DNA from: Patescibacteria group bacterium
Lineage (GTDB): Bacteria > Patescibacteriota > UBA1384 > XYA2-FULL-43-10 > 1-14-0-10-43-13
DNA: 64,000 nucleotides
Assembly: GCA_041649155.1 (NCBI GenBank)
Contig: JBAZNP010000001.1
Location: forward strand, 3,581 to 67,580
Reading direction: 5' to 3'
Shown: in pieces, positions 47,583 through 58,883 of the stretch
Layout: each line of letters opens with the position of its first letter
Numbering within the stretch: the stretch's first letter is position 1
Translations under genes and position numbers: made by a program
The notes under the pieces: model-generated
Seen by the model: the letters and a program-made list of their open reading frames with translations, nothing else
The model's database searches: none
Told to the model about the DNA's origin: nothing

Positions 47583-48386
47583 TTACTTTTCAGTTTTTTT
47601 ACTCTTTAAAACTTTAACTTTAGTAGCCTTTTTAGGTTCTATTTTTGGAATAGTAATCGAAAGAACTCCATTTTTCATTTCAGCGTCTGCTTTCTCCGCA
47701 ATAACTTCTGTTGGCAAAGTGAAACTTCTGGAAAAAGTGCCTGAATGGCTTTCTTTATAACAGTATTCCCCTTCCTCTTTTTCCCTTTCCTCTGTTTTCT
47801 CTCCCGAGATAGTCATCACCCCCTCTGATATTTCAACATCAATCTGATCTTCGGACATTCCGGGAAGTTCAGCCTTTACTACAATGCTGTTTTTTTTATC
47901 TTTAATATCGATTCTTGGTATTGCAACCGTTGCTTTTGACGTAATTACACTGTCCTCAAAAAGTCTGTCCATCGCATCTCTCAGAGATACCATTTCTCTA
48001 AACGGGCGCCATGGTTCCATTTCATTTGCCATAATGTTCTCCTTGTCTCTGACAAGCCCTGAGCAATCCGGCTCAACATTTTGAGATAGAAGCCTGATGG
48101 GCCCATCGGTAATATTAATAATATTTTTCCTATTATCTTTATTTAAAATATTGTCTATTTCTTCTTCAATTTCCATTTGAAATTCAAAGATCTCCTCAAA
48201 AGGCGAATGAAAAAATTTGCACATACTCACGACCAACGGGAGCGAAGGCAGATATTTTCCTTGTTCGAGCGCAATTACAGATTGACGAGAAATACCCAAT
48301 TCTTCAGCTAATTCTTCCTGGCTTAGATTGTGTTTTTTTCTCAAATCTTTTAATCTGTTTTCAATTGATAATTCATCGTTATTCAC
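47583..48386 (-). CDS. XRE-family HTH domain fused to a small heat-shock protein (Hsp20/alpha-crystallin) domain
   Basis: N-terminal LKDLRKKHNLSQEELAEELGISRQSVIALEQGKY (HTH_XRE). The C-terminal WRPFREM...KAELPGMSEDQIDVEISEGVMTISGEK...NGVLSITIPK is an ACD. There is an internal M (MANEMEPW) at the usual sHsp start. Confidence 0.75.
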   Translation of the reverse strand: MNNDELSIENRLKDLRKKHNLSQEELAEELGISRQSVIALEQGKYLPSLPLVVSMCKFFHSPFEEIFEFQMEIEEEIDNILNKDNRKNIINITDGPIRLLSQNVEPDCSGLVRDKENIMANEMEPWRPFREMVSLRDAMDRLFEDSVITSKATVAIPRIDIKDKKNSIVVKAELPGMSEDQIDVEISEGVMTISGEKTEEREKEEGEYCYKESHSGTFSRSFTLPTEVIAEKADAEMKNGVLSITIPKIEPKKATKVKVLKSKKTEK

Positions 48387-48454
48387 TTGTCCTCCGTAGT
48401 CTTCGTCATATTATAGATAAATTATTCTTTCAGTTGACGAAGGGGGATGGCTTA

Positions 48455-48476
48455 AATGTAAAGCAAACTTTACATT
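48455..48476. promoter_or_regulatory. Palindromic operator candidate (aatgtaaag-caaa-ctttacatt) inside the putative promoter of the HTH-Hsp20 gene
   Basis: 9 bp perfect inverted arms ~70 nt upstream of the GTG start. The minus strand also carries TTGACA and TACATT hexamers 17 nt apart. Confidence 0.45.
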
Positions 48477-48796
48477 ATGTCAAGAGTAGGGGCGACATGA
48501 CAACCTTAACACATTCATAGTACATTAGATCAATAGTCGTAATCACTATCATTTATTCTAACTTTTCAAATAGAGACTATTCTTGTTTTACTGGAAATAT
48601 TTTTAAATCAGTCAGTTTTAAAGTATCGATTATGGCTTTTTGACTCAAATACACTGTAGGTGCACCAAAAATCTGAGCAAAAATCATACAAACAAGTCAG
48701 AACATCATTAACAATAATAGAACAATGATGGTAAATTGAATAAAGATCATAGTATAATTAATTATGGCATAATACTTTTCTTAAACTGGAGGAGAA

Positions 48797-49030
48797 ATGG
48801 ACGATCAAGAACTTAAAAAAGCATTGGTGGATATGGCAAAAGCTCAGAAAAAATCAGCGAGCCTGTGGTTGACTTTTTGGCGTGGAGTTCTTTACGGACT
48901 TGGTTTTTTTATCGGCTCTGCAATTCTGGCCACTGTAGTTATCTACATTCTGTCCAAATTGGAGGGCTGGGGCACAATTGGTAATTTTATTCACAATATT
49001 GTAGATAATGCGAGTAAATCAAAATCTTGA
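48797..49030 (+). CDS. Small hypothetical membrane protein
   Basis: 77 aa with one to two TM segments (GVLYGLGFFIGSAILATVVIYIL). ggagg RBS. Confidence 0.4.
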   Translation: MDDQELKKALVDMAKAQKKSASLWLTFWRGVLYGLGFFIGSAILATVVIYILSKLEGWGTIGNFIHNIVDNASKSKS

Positions 49031-49047
49031 CGTACATTTAGTTTCAC

Positions 49048-49095
49048 CAAAATAGTCCCACCAAAAAATGACCAGAAATATTTCTGGTCATTTTT
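49048..49095. terminator. Bidirectional terminator (perfect 20 bp palindrome)
   Basis: caccaaaaaatgaccagaaatatttctggtcattttttggtg. Confidence 0.7.
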
Positions 49096-49802
49096 TGGTG
49101 GAGGTGGCGGGTAATGCTCCCGCGTCCAAAAGGTTAAGAACACATCGTCTACAAGTTTAGTTCCGGTTGAAAATTTAAATATTGGATAAAATCGGAACCA
49201 AAAACCAATATTCTACCTCTAGTAAATCTTAAGATAAATTGCTAGAGAATCAATAAATCAGCAACTCGAATTATGACACCCGTTAATCTTCAGTCGAGTA
49301 GCCAAAGAACGGATGGTTGTCGCAATTAAGCAGCAACTGGCGCAAAGCTAGGCATGCTGAAAGCAGCTTTTACTTTGCTAACAAATGAATTTGCATTTGT
49401 AATTTTTGAAAGTTTATAAAGTGGCTTTCACACTTACTTGCAGATATGTTTTTAAAGTCCTTCTGTCGAAGCTAATACACCCCCACAACAAGCATAATTC
49501 TATAACATTTATCTCCTCACGTCAAGATCGTCTTCGGGGACGGTTCTAAATTGAATACAGATTTAGTGATAATTTAATATTTACTAATCTTTTCTTAATA
49601 TTCCTCGCCGCATAGTGAAAATAAGAAAAAAATATAATGCAAAAAAGAGATTTAAATATCACCAAAATAATAAATAGTCACCTTATCGCCAATCATGAGA
49701 TCATTTTAGAACCGTCCCCAAGATGGTCATTCAAAATAAACGCATTGAAACTAATGCATAGCACAAATATTCATTTTTTCAATACAGAATTAACAATTTT
49801 TA

Positions 49803-49831
49803 TTGACATTATTTTTAATTGCCTTTATGTT
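49803..49831 (+). promoter_or_regulatory. Promoter of the KAP NTPase gene (TTGACA, 17 nt, TATGTT)
   Basis: ttgacattatttttaattgcctttatgtt, then an aaggag RBS and the ATG at 49848. Confidence 0.45.
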
Positions 49832-49847
49832 GAAAAAAAGGAGAAAA

Positions 49848-52580
49848 ATGTTGACTGAAAAATTCGTTGCAGAACTGAGAAAGAATTGGGATCTACCACA
49901 AGATTACAGAATAAATAAATCTAGTGGGGAATTTGCTGATCAAGAAGAAAAATTAAATAAACTAAAACATCTAATAAAGACTCAACGAAACTCAGTATTA
50001 ATCTGTGGGGAGAGAGGAGCCGGCAAAACTTCTTTGGCCTATCATGCAATACGATTGGCATCACAAGAAAGCAACTCGAACAAGATTAAATTAATACCTG
50101 TGATTATTAATGCCAATCAGCTTAATGCAATTTCGGTTGACAAAAATCAGATAAACTTCAATAGACAATCAGTTTTAGAAAACATGATTTTTAGGCTAAG
50201 GAAATCATTTCAAAAACAGTTTTGCCTGACCGATGGAGCATGGTGGTATATCACAACACCATGCCTACGTTTCCCCATTTTATTAAATGATTTATACAAA
50301 AAAGCATCTTGCAGCAAGTTTGAAAGAATTGACTCAAAAGAAATTAAACATATTTTTCATTTCGAAATATCTAATTTGATCATCTGGATATTAGCGCTTG
50401 CTTCACTATTATCTCTGCTTTTTAACTTTTATGTTCCTTCCAATTTTCAGCTAATCGGAAAAATAGCTAGCGCATCGCTCCTTTCGATTTCTTTTATACT
50501 TATATCTACCAAAAAAACATCTTACATTTATGAAAAAGATTATTGCAATCTAGAATCCGATTTAATAAATCTTATGGAGAAAAACGGCAAATTAAGCTTC
50601 GTTTTTGTGATCGACGAACTAGATTTATTTAAGGCGCCAAATGGTCCAGGTATTGTTGAAAAGGATTCCAATAATACTATTATTTTCCCACTACTTAAGA
50701 CCTATAAGAATATTTTTCACTTTATAGAAGCTACATTTATAGTAATCGCTGACGAAGAAGTTTACGAGAAAATTGAGAAAGAAGATTTATACTCAACCTT
50801 ATTCACAGATGATATTTTCGTTTTTCTGCCTAGCAGAAAAGAACTAGATAGATACTTTGACAATATAATTAAAAAAAAAGATGATGATACATGGTCAAAT
50901 AACCTTGAGATATTTAAGAATTATATCCTTTGGTCAGGAAAAGGAAATATTAGGAAAATCATAAAGGCTATTAAAGATTTTGATCAGAATTCAACAAATA
51001 AGATAGTCTTCAATATCGAGAGTAAAAACTTATCTCAATCTAAGGCTTTTAAATTAATGTTTGAATACTATGAATCTATTAAAGACGGCCTAAGAAGCCA
51101 AGAATATAATAATAGAGAAAAATTTACTAAGTTATATCAAATTATTGATGATGATGTATGGACCAACCACGGTAAACCGTTTAAAGAGGCATTAAACGAA
51201 GATCAAGAGTTTTTGTTTCATTTATTAGGTGGTGTTCTTGAAAGAATTTATAATCAAAATGATGCAGGATTCATAATTAAATACAAACCATCGTCTAGCC
51301 CAGAAAGCATTTCCTCCTCCTTCAGAAATCCCGTTCCTCATGAAGAAAAACTAATTAATAAATTTAAAGAAGCTAATAACTTAGTCATTAGTTACGGAAA
51401 AAAACTTGGCGTTACACCGGAAGAGCTTATTCAGATATCTAAAGAGGAATCAGAGATAGACTTTCAACATTTGAAAAAATGTGAAGATTTATTATCGGAG
51501 ACATTTAACCTAGACCAGAATACAAGAAAGACATCTAATATTATTGTCATCGGACAGAGTTTCATCCAAATTCCAGTCCTAGAAGATATAATAAAACGTA
51601 TTACCCAAGATATTTTTAAGTATTGGGAAAGAAGACTTAAAACTACCGATAAATGGACCCTAAAATTCAAACACGAGGGAAACGAAACAGATGGCGCCCT
51701 CTTAAAGCAGCTGAATTTGCAGCAAAATACAGAGCTCTACCTAACAGAGTTGTTCAACGTACTCGGAATAAATATTATTGAGAAACTTGACCTCTCGCGA
51801 CATCTAATATTTTATAATAGAGAAACCAGCAATAAGTTTATAATTGTTATTGATGATCATGAACTGCGCATAGCCGTTAAGCACGCCATAGAATCATCAG
51901 GATTTAGTAACCATATGTTTGTGATAAGTAACTCCACTGACATTTCCGATTTACGAAAATGGTTTCTTAGCCGATACATACATTTTAAAAAAACTAAGAT
52001 GATTGTTGAGTCGGGTGTTGCTCAATTATTAGATGATTCTATTGTCTTGCACAAACTTGAAGATATAAACAAAGATACAAGCGGATGTTTACAAACATTT
52101 TTAAGATTTGACAGAAAAGCCTTCCCTCTAATTCTAGAGGCAGAGATAGAATTATTGGAAAATAATAGTATTTTTAACTTCTTCTTTGATTATACCCAAA
52201 ATAATCAAAATGAAATCCGATTTTATATGTGTAGGATAGATACTAGAATTGGCGACAAAAATGCAGATGGGATATTGCTAAAGAACTATTCTAGTGTTGA
52301 AACATTTTGGAACTATATTAACAAAGATCAAGATAAACATTCTTTCGCAAATCAGGCGCTTAAAGTAAGAATCGTTTACACTCAGAAAATGATTTCTTTT
52401 TACAAATTCATTGGTAAAAGAATTATTTTAATTGATAAAATAAATAATGAACTCGGTATCCATGGGGACTTTGGCTTCTTTAATGAAAGCCAAAGAGCTA
52501 AAGTTTCAAACCTGAGCATTAGATCAATACCATCAAAAACAAAGGAAAGGCAAATTCCTCTTTTGAGGTCAAAAAAATGA
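49848..52580 (+). CDS. KAP-family P-loop NTPase (TM helices inserted between Walker A and B) with a ~600 aa uncharacterised C-terminal region
   Basis: Walker A CGERGAGKTSLA, two TM segments (IIWILALASLLSLLFNFYV and ASLLSISFILIST), then Walker B FVFVIDELDLF. This is the KAP NTPase architecture. The ORF is open from 49803. Confidence 0.65.
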   Translation: MLTEKFVAELRKNWDLPQDYRINKSSGEFADQEEKLNKLKHLIKTQRNSVLICGERGAGKTSLAYHAIRLASQESNSNKIKLIPVIINANQLNAISVDKNQINFNRQSVLENMIFRLRKSFQKQFCLTDGAWWYITTPCLRFPILLNDLYKKASCSKFERIDSKEIKHIFHFEISNLIIWILALASLLSLLFNFYVPSNFQLIGKIASASLLSISFILISTKKTSYIYEKDYCNLESDLINLMEKNGKLSFVFVIDELDLFKAPNGPGIVEKDSNNTIIFPLLKTYKNIFHFIEATFIVIADEEVYEKIEKEDLYSTLFTDDIFVFLPSRKELDRYFDNIIKKKDDDTWSNNLEIFKNYILWSGKGNIRKIIKAIKDFDQNSTNKIVFNIESKNLSQSKAFKLMFEYYESIKDGLRSQEYNNREKFTKLYQIIDDDVWTNHGKPFKEALNEDQEFLFHLLGGVLERIYNQNDAGFIIKYKPSSSPESISSSFRNPVPHEEKLINKFKEANNLVISYGKKLGVTPEELIQISKEESEIDFQHLKKCEDLLSETFNLDQNTRKTSNIIVIGQSFIQIPVLEDIIKRITQDIFKYWERRLKTTDKWTLKFKHEGNETDGALLKQLNLQQNTELYLTELFNVLGINIIEKLDLSRHLIFYNRETSNKFIIVIDDHELRIAVKHAIESSGFSNHMFVISNSTDISDLRKWFLSRYIHFKKTKMIVESGVAQLLDDSIVLHKLEDINKDTSGCLQTFLRFDRKAFPLILEAEIELLENNSIFNFFFDYTQNNQNEIRFYMCRIDTRIGDKNADGILLKNYSSVETFWNYINKDQDKHSFANQALKVRIVYTQKMISFYKFIGKRIILIDKINNELGIHGDFGFFNESQRAKVSNLSIRSIPSKTKERQIPLLRSKK

Positions 52581-52775
52581 TTATTTTATAAAATCGGTTG
52601 TGTATAGCTTCTTCATACTTTGTATGATTTTATAAAAAAAGTCTTACCAGGAGATCCTTTTTGTTCTTACGATTTTTGTTCGGTACTATTGACTATCTGA
52701 TAACAAATGCTATACTTTTCTTAGATCGTAAGATCTACTTTATTGCTTAAGGACTCCTTCGGGGGCCCTTTTTGC

Positions 52776-53575
52776 TTATGCTGGAATAACTTCCTCTTGG
52801 GAAGAAAGTGATCCCATTTCGATACTTGGAATAGGATCATCAGCCAGAGATAATTGAAGTTCTTTTTCTCTACATATGGAATTTCTAATTTTATTAATCT
52901 CAAACACAATTAGTCCTTTTTCAATAAGATTATTCAACTCAGAAGCTACTCTCCCGGCAGTACAAACAAGTATCACTTGTTTATTGTCAGCCAACAATTT
53001 CTCGATTGGTTCTGCAAAATCACTATCACCACTCCAGAGAACGAAAGTGTCATTTTTCAATGAATCTTTTTCAATCTCTCTTCCTATTTCTACGTCAAAA
53101 TTACATTTTTTATCCTCTATATAAAAAACACCTTGGTCATTCAAGCTAATTAGCTCTTGATTTAATGCCTTGATCGTTTCCTGTGAAATCTGTTTAGTAA
53201 TGGTTTTTTAATGAAATTTTTCAAAATAGCGGTCGACTCAATTGGTATACTCTGGGCAAAAATTGGAATTCTAATATTTTTTACTGGTTTGGTAAAAACT
53301 TCGAATCCTACTGCTTTTGCTTTCTTTATTAATCTTTTTGACCGGTCATTTTTTGGCAATTGGCCATAAAAGAACTTAATGCTTTTAATATTCGGAAATG
53401 ACTCAAAAAAAGATTTGGTTCTTCCAAGATCAACATGCCATTTTTGGGTCCAGTTTACAACATTAGCATAATCAATATACAAAATAGTTTTTCCAACAAA
53501 AAGCTTCTGGATCTCTTCCATTCTGCCATCGTCGTGTATAAATTTAGATTTAATTTCTTCAATAATGCTAGGCAT
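52776..53575 (-). pseudogene. NYN-domain (LabA-like, PIN-fold) nuclease split by a frameshift near a T6 homopolymer
   Basis: N-part ORF 53162-53575 has ILYIDYANV. C-part ORF 52776-53144 has LWSGDSDFAEPIEKL...QVILV (NYN GDSDF motif). The reading frames overlap at 53162-53207, next to ggtttttta. Confidence 0.55.
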
Positions 53576-54089
53576 AAACCCATAATAGTACTTACCATCA
53601 ACTCGATCAAGGACTGATAGTGCTAATACACTAAGGGGTTATATCTTCAAAGAAAATTTGTGCTTCTGGAATTTTGGATAGATTACTTCCTTCCAGCGTC
53701 TGGTCTCTGATCGTATTATGTGTAAATTCTCGCTGACGAGCTCCATCAATAAAATGATCATTCTTTTGAATGGTCATTTTATTTAGATGATCTAAGCAGA
53801 TTGGTTATATATTATTTTTTATTCAATTAACATTGAACGTTCTATGGTCAGCCATCTTTTTTGGCCCAGAAAACCCAATTTTCGGATTTGTAATAATTTT
53901 AACTCTTTGGATAGCAATATTTTTACTATCTTTTACTTCTACAGAATAAACAGGATTGCCGCATATTTGTTGATTCCATACATATTATGGGTCAGTTTTG
54001 CCGCAGTCTTGAACTACTCAATTGCGGTGTTTAATTAACAGCAATATTTCTCACCAATTCTGACGAATACTGAACATTGACAAGCTTTT

Positions 54090-54713
54090 TTACAAAATTG
54101 CGACCGAAATAGCCGATATAACGAACAAAATTCCCCAAATTAGATCTGTTTTTAAACTTTTCTTGCCATATCTTCTGGCAATCGGATTATCGATAAAGAA
54201 AAACAATCCCATCGCAAACACATATAGAGCGACTCCATACTTCAACCAAATTAAATTCTGATAAAAATTAAGCAAAGAAATTTCTTTAATAAAAAATAAG
54301 CTAAGAGATCCAATAATTATCCCTAATATCGGGTAAAATATCGGGCTATCGAAGCTTAAAGGCTCATATATTTTTTTCACAGGTTTTCCATCGCACACTT
54401 CAATAATATTTGAAGCAAAACCTTTGAGATCTTCATAACCGTCCAAAACTGTTGTTCTACCAACCGAAAATACACGGACCTCACGAATATTTTTCTCTTT
54501 AGTAACTACTACGGCTAATTTGTTAATATCCCTTATAAACAAAACTTCCTTGGAATCTGAGGTAATTTTTTCTAACTTTTCATCGCTAAGAATAATTTTT
54601 CTATCTCGAAATGTATAAAAAAGTTTTACAATAAAAATGCGAAAAATAATAAAAACAATAACGAGAAATGTAAAAATAATTCCTGTATATCCCAAGTTAT
54701 CACGCCAGAACAC
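54090..54713 (-). CDS. Hypothetical polytopic membrane protein
   Basis: 207 aa with four hydrophobic segments. No recognisable family. Confidence 0.4.
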   Translation of the reverse strand: MFWRDNLGYTGIIFTFLVIVFIIFRIFIVKLFYTFRDRKIILSDEKLEKITSDSKEVLFIRDINKLAVVVTKEKNIREVRVFSVGRTTVLDGYEDLKGFASNIIEVCDGKPVKKIYEPLSFDSPIFYPILGIIIGSLSLFFIKEISLLNFYQNLIWLKYGVALYVFAMGLFFFIDNPIARRYGKKSLKTDLIWGILFVISAISVAIL

Positions 54714-55276
54714 CCCCCCATCAACAAAAAGGTTGCCGACAGACTAACAGCAAGAGAAGTAAAAGCTTTTATTCTTCTCCCTATCTCTGACTCTGAGATT
54801 TTATATTCGGCGCGAATGTTATTCATCTGCTTTTGTTAATTTATTAAACTGGCCCTTTGTAATAAAAATCCTAACCAATGAAGCATCGGCAAATTTTTCT
54901 TCAATCAAATCCGCCCTCTGCCCATAATCCCAAGCAATTATCGATCTTGTTTTTAAATCTAGATCAATATAATATCTAGTATCTTGATCCTCTGGCTTAT
55001 TATTCATTTTTCTCCTTATTTATAGAAATAATATTAGCTTCAAGCTTTTCTATTTGTTTCATATCTTCATCTTTGATTTAAGTATAAGATATCTAGCACT
55101 AATTTTCCATGGGAATCCCTGAGCTCATAGCTAATTTGCACTTCGCATAGTTAAAGTGAAGTATCTCTCTCCATCTTCTCGATTCTTCTACTATTGAGTG
55201 TAAACTTTGCTTGATTTCTACCACCATACAAGATTTTGGGGCATTTTGTGCCTTTTTTTCTTTGCAAATTAAGCTT

Positions 55277-56008
55277 CTATATTTTCGCCAAAATGAATGC
55301 TAGCAAAAACCCTGCTACTGTCAATGCTCCGATCGAGAAACCGCCCTCCTCAAAAGCCTCCGGCATCATACTGTCGGCCAGCATCGCAAGAATAGCGCCG
55401 GCAGCGAAAGCTTCTATCGATCCAATAATATTTGGATTGATATCATGTAAAAATAGGAAACTCAAAATTGTTGTCGCAAAAGCCAGAACGGCGACAACCA
55501 TCCAGATTGAATAAATTTGCCTGTTGGAAAAATTCTCTTTCCGCAGTCCGCGAATTGATGATATGCCTTCAGGAAAATTTGACAAAATTATTGCGATCAG
55601 CATTAAAAGACCGGTACCTGCTCCATTAAAAATGGCTATTCCCAGTGCAATCGATTCAGGGATGCCATCCAAAAGCGCTCCCAATGTTATCACTAAACCA
55701 GTACTTTCAACCTTGGGAACCAAATTCTGAGTTCTTTTGTGGCGTCTGCCGCCAAAAATATGAATTAAATAGTCTCCTCCTATAAAAACGAGTCCACCCA
55801 AAACAAAGCCCAAAATGGCAGCATCAAAACCGCCCTGATTAAAAGCTTCTTCCATCAGCCCGAAAGTAAGAGCGCAAACTAAAAGGCCGGAACCAAAAGC
55901 CATAAATCGGGCAATTGTTTTTCTCTTGAATTTAAAATAGATTCCGGACCATGCCCCGATCAAAAGTGCCAATCCGCTTGCTCCGCCATAAATAATTGCA
56001 TTTGTCAT
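55277..56008 (-). CDS. zupT: ZIP-family divalent metal transporter (ZupT-like)
   Basis: GIPESIALGIAIF and ILSNFPEGISSIRGL (HNxPEG-like), about 8 TM segments. Confidence 0.75.
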   Translation of the reverse strand: MTNAIIYGGASGLALLIGAWSGIYFKFKRKTIARFMAFGSGLLVCALTFGLMEEAFNQGGFDAAILGFVLGGLVFIGGDYLIHIFGGRRHKRTQNLVPKVESTGLVITLGALLDGIPESIALGIAIFNGAGTGLLMLIAIILSNFPEGISSIRGLRKENFSNRQIYSIWMVVAVLAFATTILSFLFLHDINPNIIGSIEAFAAGAILAMLADSMMPEAFEEGGFSIGALTVAGFLLAFILAKI

Positions 56009-56116
56009 AAACTTCTCCTTTTGGTTTTTATAGTTTCATTATAGACCTATTTATGGATATAAAAAAAATAAGTCAGATAAGCTTACCTGACTTATTTTTT
56101 GTTTAGATTTATTTTT

Positions 56117-58102
56117 TTACTCTTCTCTTAATGCCTCAGCCGGATCAAGTTTGGCTGCTCTTTTAGCAGGGAAATAGCCTGCAACGCCTGCAACTAAAAT
56201 TGAAAACAATACAACTCCGACCGAAAGATAAATCGGCACATAGAAAGAGAGCGAATCTCCAGTGCTTGAAGCTGATTGACTCATCATATAATTATTAACT
56301 AGTGCTTGAACTAATTTTGAGCCAAGAAAGCCAAGGGAAAGTCCAACCAATCCGCCGAATAATCCAATAAGAGATGCTTCAGAAATAAATATCGAACGAA
56401 TATCGCGATTTTTTGCACCGACTGCTTTCATAATGCCAATCTCTTTAGTTCGTTCTAAAACTGACATTATCATTGTATTCACAATACCAAGCGAAGCAAC
56501 CAACAACGCGATTCCTCCAATAACACCCATGACAATTTGCATTATCGTAAAAGTACGAGTCATTGATTTAGCGATATCTTCATAAGAAGTAGCACCATAA
56601 CCCTTATCATCAACCGCTTTTTTAATTTCAGAAACTTTTGAGGTATCGTTTGCTCTTACAATAATCGAACTATAAAGATTAGGACTTGCCTTTGCCAATT
56701 CAGTGGTCTTGGTTTGCTTAAGCCAATCATTGGCAGTTTTCATTGGAATATAGGTGTAATAACTGAATTTTTCATCTTCGCCCAGAACTCCAACAATTTT
56801 TGTTTTAAATTCCTTATCATCTTCGTTTGACTTGATCGTTACTTCCGCGCCGATTGCTTTTGTCGGATCAGAAAATCCCAAAGCAACAGCTTGACCGTGA
56901 GGGATAACAACACCATTTTCATCATCGCTAGTCACAAAGCTACCATATTTAACTTTGTCTTTTGCGGTTTGCTTTACATATTTTAACGGCGCAAGCCCTT
57001 GACCATAAACCCTGGAAGTTTTATCTCCATATGTCATTTCGCCGGAAATAGTGACGTCAGGATACACAACCTCTACATTTGAAATTTTCTCTAGATCAGC
57101 AATCGTAGTATCATTTAAATCTTTTGTTTCAGTCTTGGCAAAATCAGTACCGACTGAGAAATTTACGACATCTCTTTTTTCACCGCTAACATTTATTTCT
57201 TCAACTTGAGAATAACTTTTAAGCTCATCTGTAACTTCTCGCTGCAGACCAGCACCAAAGGAGACAAGAACAACAATTGCCATTGCGCCGATTGCAATTC
57301 CAAACGAAGTTAAGAAAAAACGTAGCTTTCTTCTTTTTAGGTTTTTTAATGCAATTGAAAAACGAGAACGAGAATTAATATTTTTAATATCAAAATTTCT
57401 TTGTACTTTGCTTTCAGTCAATTTTGACTTAGCATTTTTTTCAGAGATAATTTCTCCATCAAGCATCTTAACAACTTTGTCAGCATACTTTTCATAGGCC
57501 TCATTGTGAGTAACCATAATGATAGTATGACCGTCATCATTCAGCTTTTTTAATAACTCAATAATTTCTTGGCCAGTTTTTGAATCCAGATTTCCTGTCG
57601 GCTCATCACACAATAAAATTTGCGGATTATTTACGAGCGCACGAGCAATTGCCACCCTTTGCTGTTGTCCGCCAGAAAGCTTTTTAGGCAGACTTTTTGC
57701 TTTTTCCGTCAGACCGACTGACTCCAAAACATTCATTGCAATTTTGGTCTGCATTTTTTGATTTTGACCAGAAAATTTCAGCGGCATTTTTACATTTTCC
57801 AAAACCGTTGCGTCATTTATCAAGTTAAACTTCTGGAAGATCATGCCGACTTCTTCTCGACGATATTTTGCCAATTGATCCGGTTTTTCAGAAGCCAAAT
57901 CCCTATTATTAACTTTTACAGAACCGCCAGTTGGCACATCCATACCGCCAAGAATATTAAGCAATGTTGATTTACCGCAACCAGATTGACCAAGAACAAC
58001 AACGAATTCACCGGAATTAATACTTAAATTTATGCCGGAAAGTGCTTCAAAATCTTGGTCTTCGATTTTATAAGTCTTTTTTAGATTTTTAATTTCGATC
58101 AT
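56117..58102 (-). CDS. MacB-type ABC transporter (fused ATPase plus FtsX permease)
   Basis: N-terminal [39 protein letters not shown]-terminal 4-TM FtsX domain. Confidence 0.85.
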   Translation of the reverse strand: MIEIKNLKKTYKIEDQDFEALSGINLSINSGEFVVVLGQSGCGKSTLLNILGGMDVPTGGSVKVNNRDLASEKPDQLAKYRREEVGMIFQKFNLINDATVLENVKMPLKFSGQNQKMQTKIAMNVLESVGLTEKAKSLPKKLSGGQQQRVAIARALVNNPQILLCDEPTGNLDSKTGQEIIELLKKLNDDGHTIIMVTHNEAYEKYADKVVKMLDGEIISEKNAKSKLTESKVQRNFDIKNINSRSRFSIALKNLKRRKLRFFLTSFGIAIGAMAIVVLVSFGAGLQREVTDELKSYSQVEEINVSGEKRDVVNFSVGTDFAKTETKDLNDTTIADLEKISNVEVVYPDVTISGEMTYGDKTSRVYGQGLAPLKYVKQTAKDKVKYGSFVTSDDENGVVIPHGQAVALGFSDPTKAIGAEVTIKSNEDDKEFKTKIVGVLGEDEKFSYYTYIPMKTANDWLKQTKTTELAKASPNLYSSIIVRANDTSKVSEIKKAVDDKGYGATSYEDIAKSMTRTFTIMQIVMGVIGGIALLVASLGIVNTMIMSVLERTKEIGIMKAVGAKNRDIRSIFISEASLIGLFGGLVGLSLGFLGSKLVQALVNNYMMSQSASSTGDSLSFYVPIYLSVGVVLFSILVAGVAGYFPAKRAAKLDPAEALREE

Positions 58103-58109
58103 TTTTCTC

Positions 58110-58883
58110 CTAAAGTTTATTAATATTTAAATTTCCTGAAGTAGTTTTGACAGAAACATTATATTTACCGTCATTTGCCTTGCCGACCATATGTTTCCCG
58201 TCATTTTGTTGCATAATCAGACCGAATAAATCAGAGATAATTCCAGTTTCAGTATTATATATAAAACTAAGACTACTATTTTGGGGAAGAAAAAGATTAA
58301 TATCACCGGAACCCGAAACGATTGTTTTATTGTTTTCTAAAACAGAATCAACAATTTTTACATCCCCAGAATTAGTATTTATTTGTTCTTCTCCTTTACA
58401 ATTAGTTAAATTCGTACTGCCGGATGTAGCTGAAACTTCAATTTTTTTAAGAATTAATGAATCTATTTCTATATCGCCAGTATCTGATTTTACTTTGATA
58501 TTTTTGGAATATGCAGTGGGGATTTTTATTTCCAATTTAAAACCCTCAAGAGTGGTATACATGGCAGCAGTATCTGACATTCCGCTTGTTATATTAAGGT
58601 CGGAACCAACTTCATTTGTTGTAACTGTAGGGTCATTTTTACCATTTGATCTAGCTTCCCCAAAGTAACGAATAGAAATATCACTGCCATCAGTCGGTGT
58701 AACAAAAATGTTTGCGCTAGAGCTAGTGATATTAATTGCTTCAATATTTTGTATAGAAGATGTCTTTGAAATATCAATATTTTTTTTCTGAATTTCAAAA
58801 CCCCCATTATAAGAAATTATTAACAAGCCGATCCCTAAACAGATTGATGAAATACCCAAAATCCACAAGACTACTTTTTTCAT
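58110..58883 (-). CDS. DUF4097-like putative adhesin (LiaG-like) with an N-terminal TM anchor
   Basis: Repetitive beta-helix-like segments (SGDVKIVDSVL, SGSGDINLFL, TSGNLNINK) after a single TM. Confidence 0.45.
   Translation of the reverse strand: MKKVVLWILGISSICLGIGLLIISYNGGFEIQKKNIDISKTSSIQNIEAINITSSSANIFVTPTDGSDISIRYFGEARSNGKNDPTVTTNEVGSDLNITSGMSDTAAMYTTLEGFKLEIKIPTAYSKNIKVKSDTGDIEIDSLILKKIEVSATSGSTNLTNCKGEEQINTNSGDVKIVDSVLENNKTIVSGSGDINLFLPQNSSLSFIYNTETGIISDLFGLIMQQNDGKHMVGKANDGKYNVSVKTTSGNLNINKL

Noticed and set aside
2340-58668. Numerous antisense or overlapping ORFs inside large genes
   Set aside because: Examples are 2340-2672, 20563-20901, 21364-21693, 32745-33224, 45040-45327 and 58147-58668. 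Each lies wholly within a longer ORF on the opposite strand that has clear homology. They are treated as shadow ORFs.
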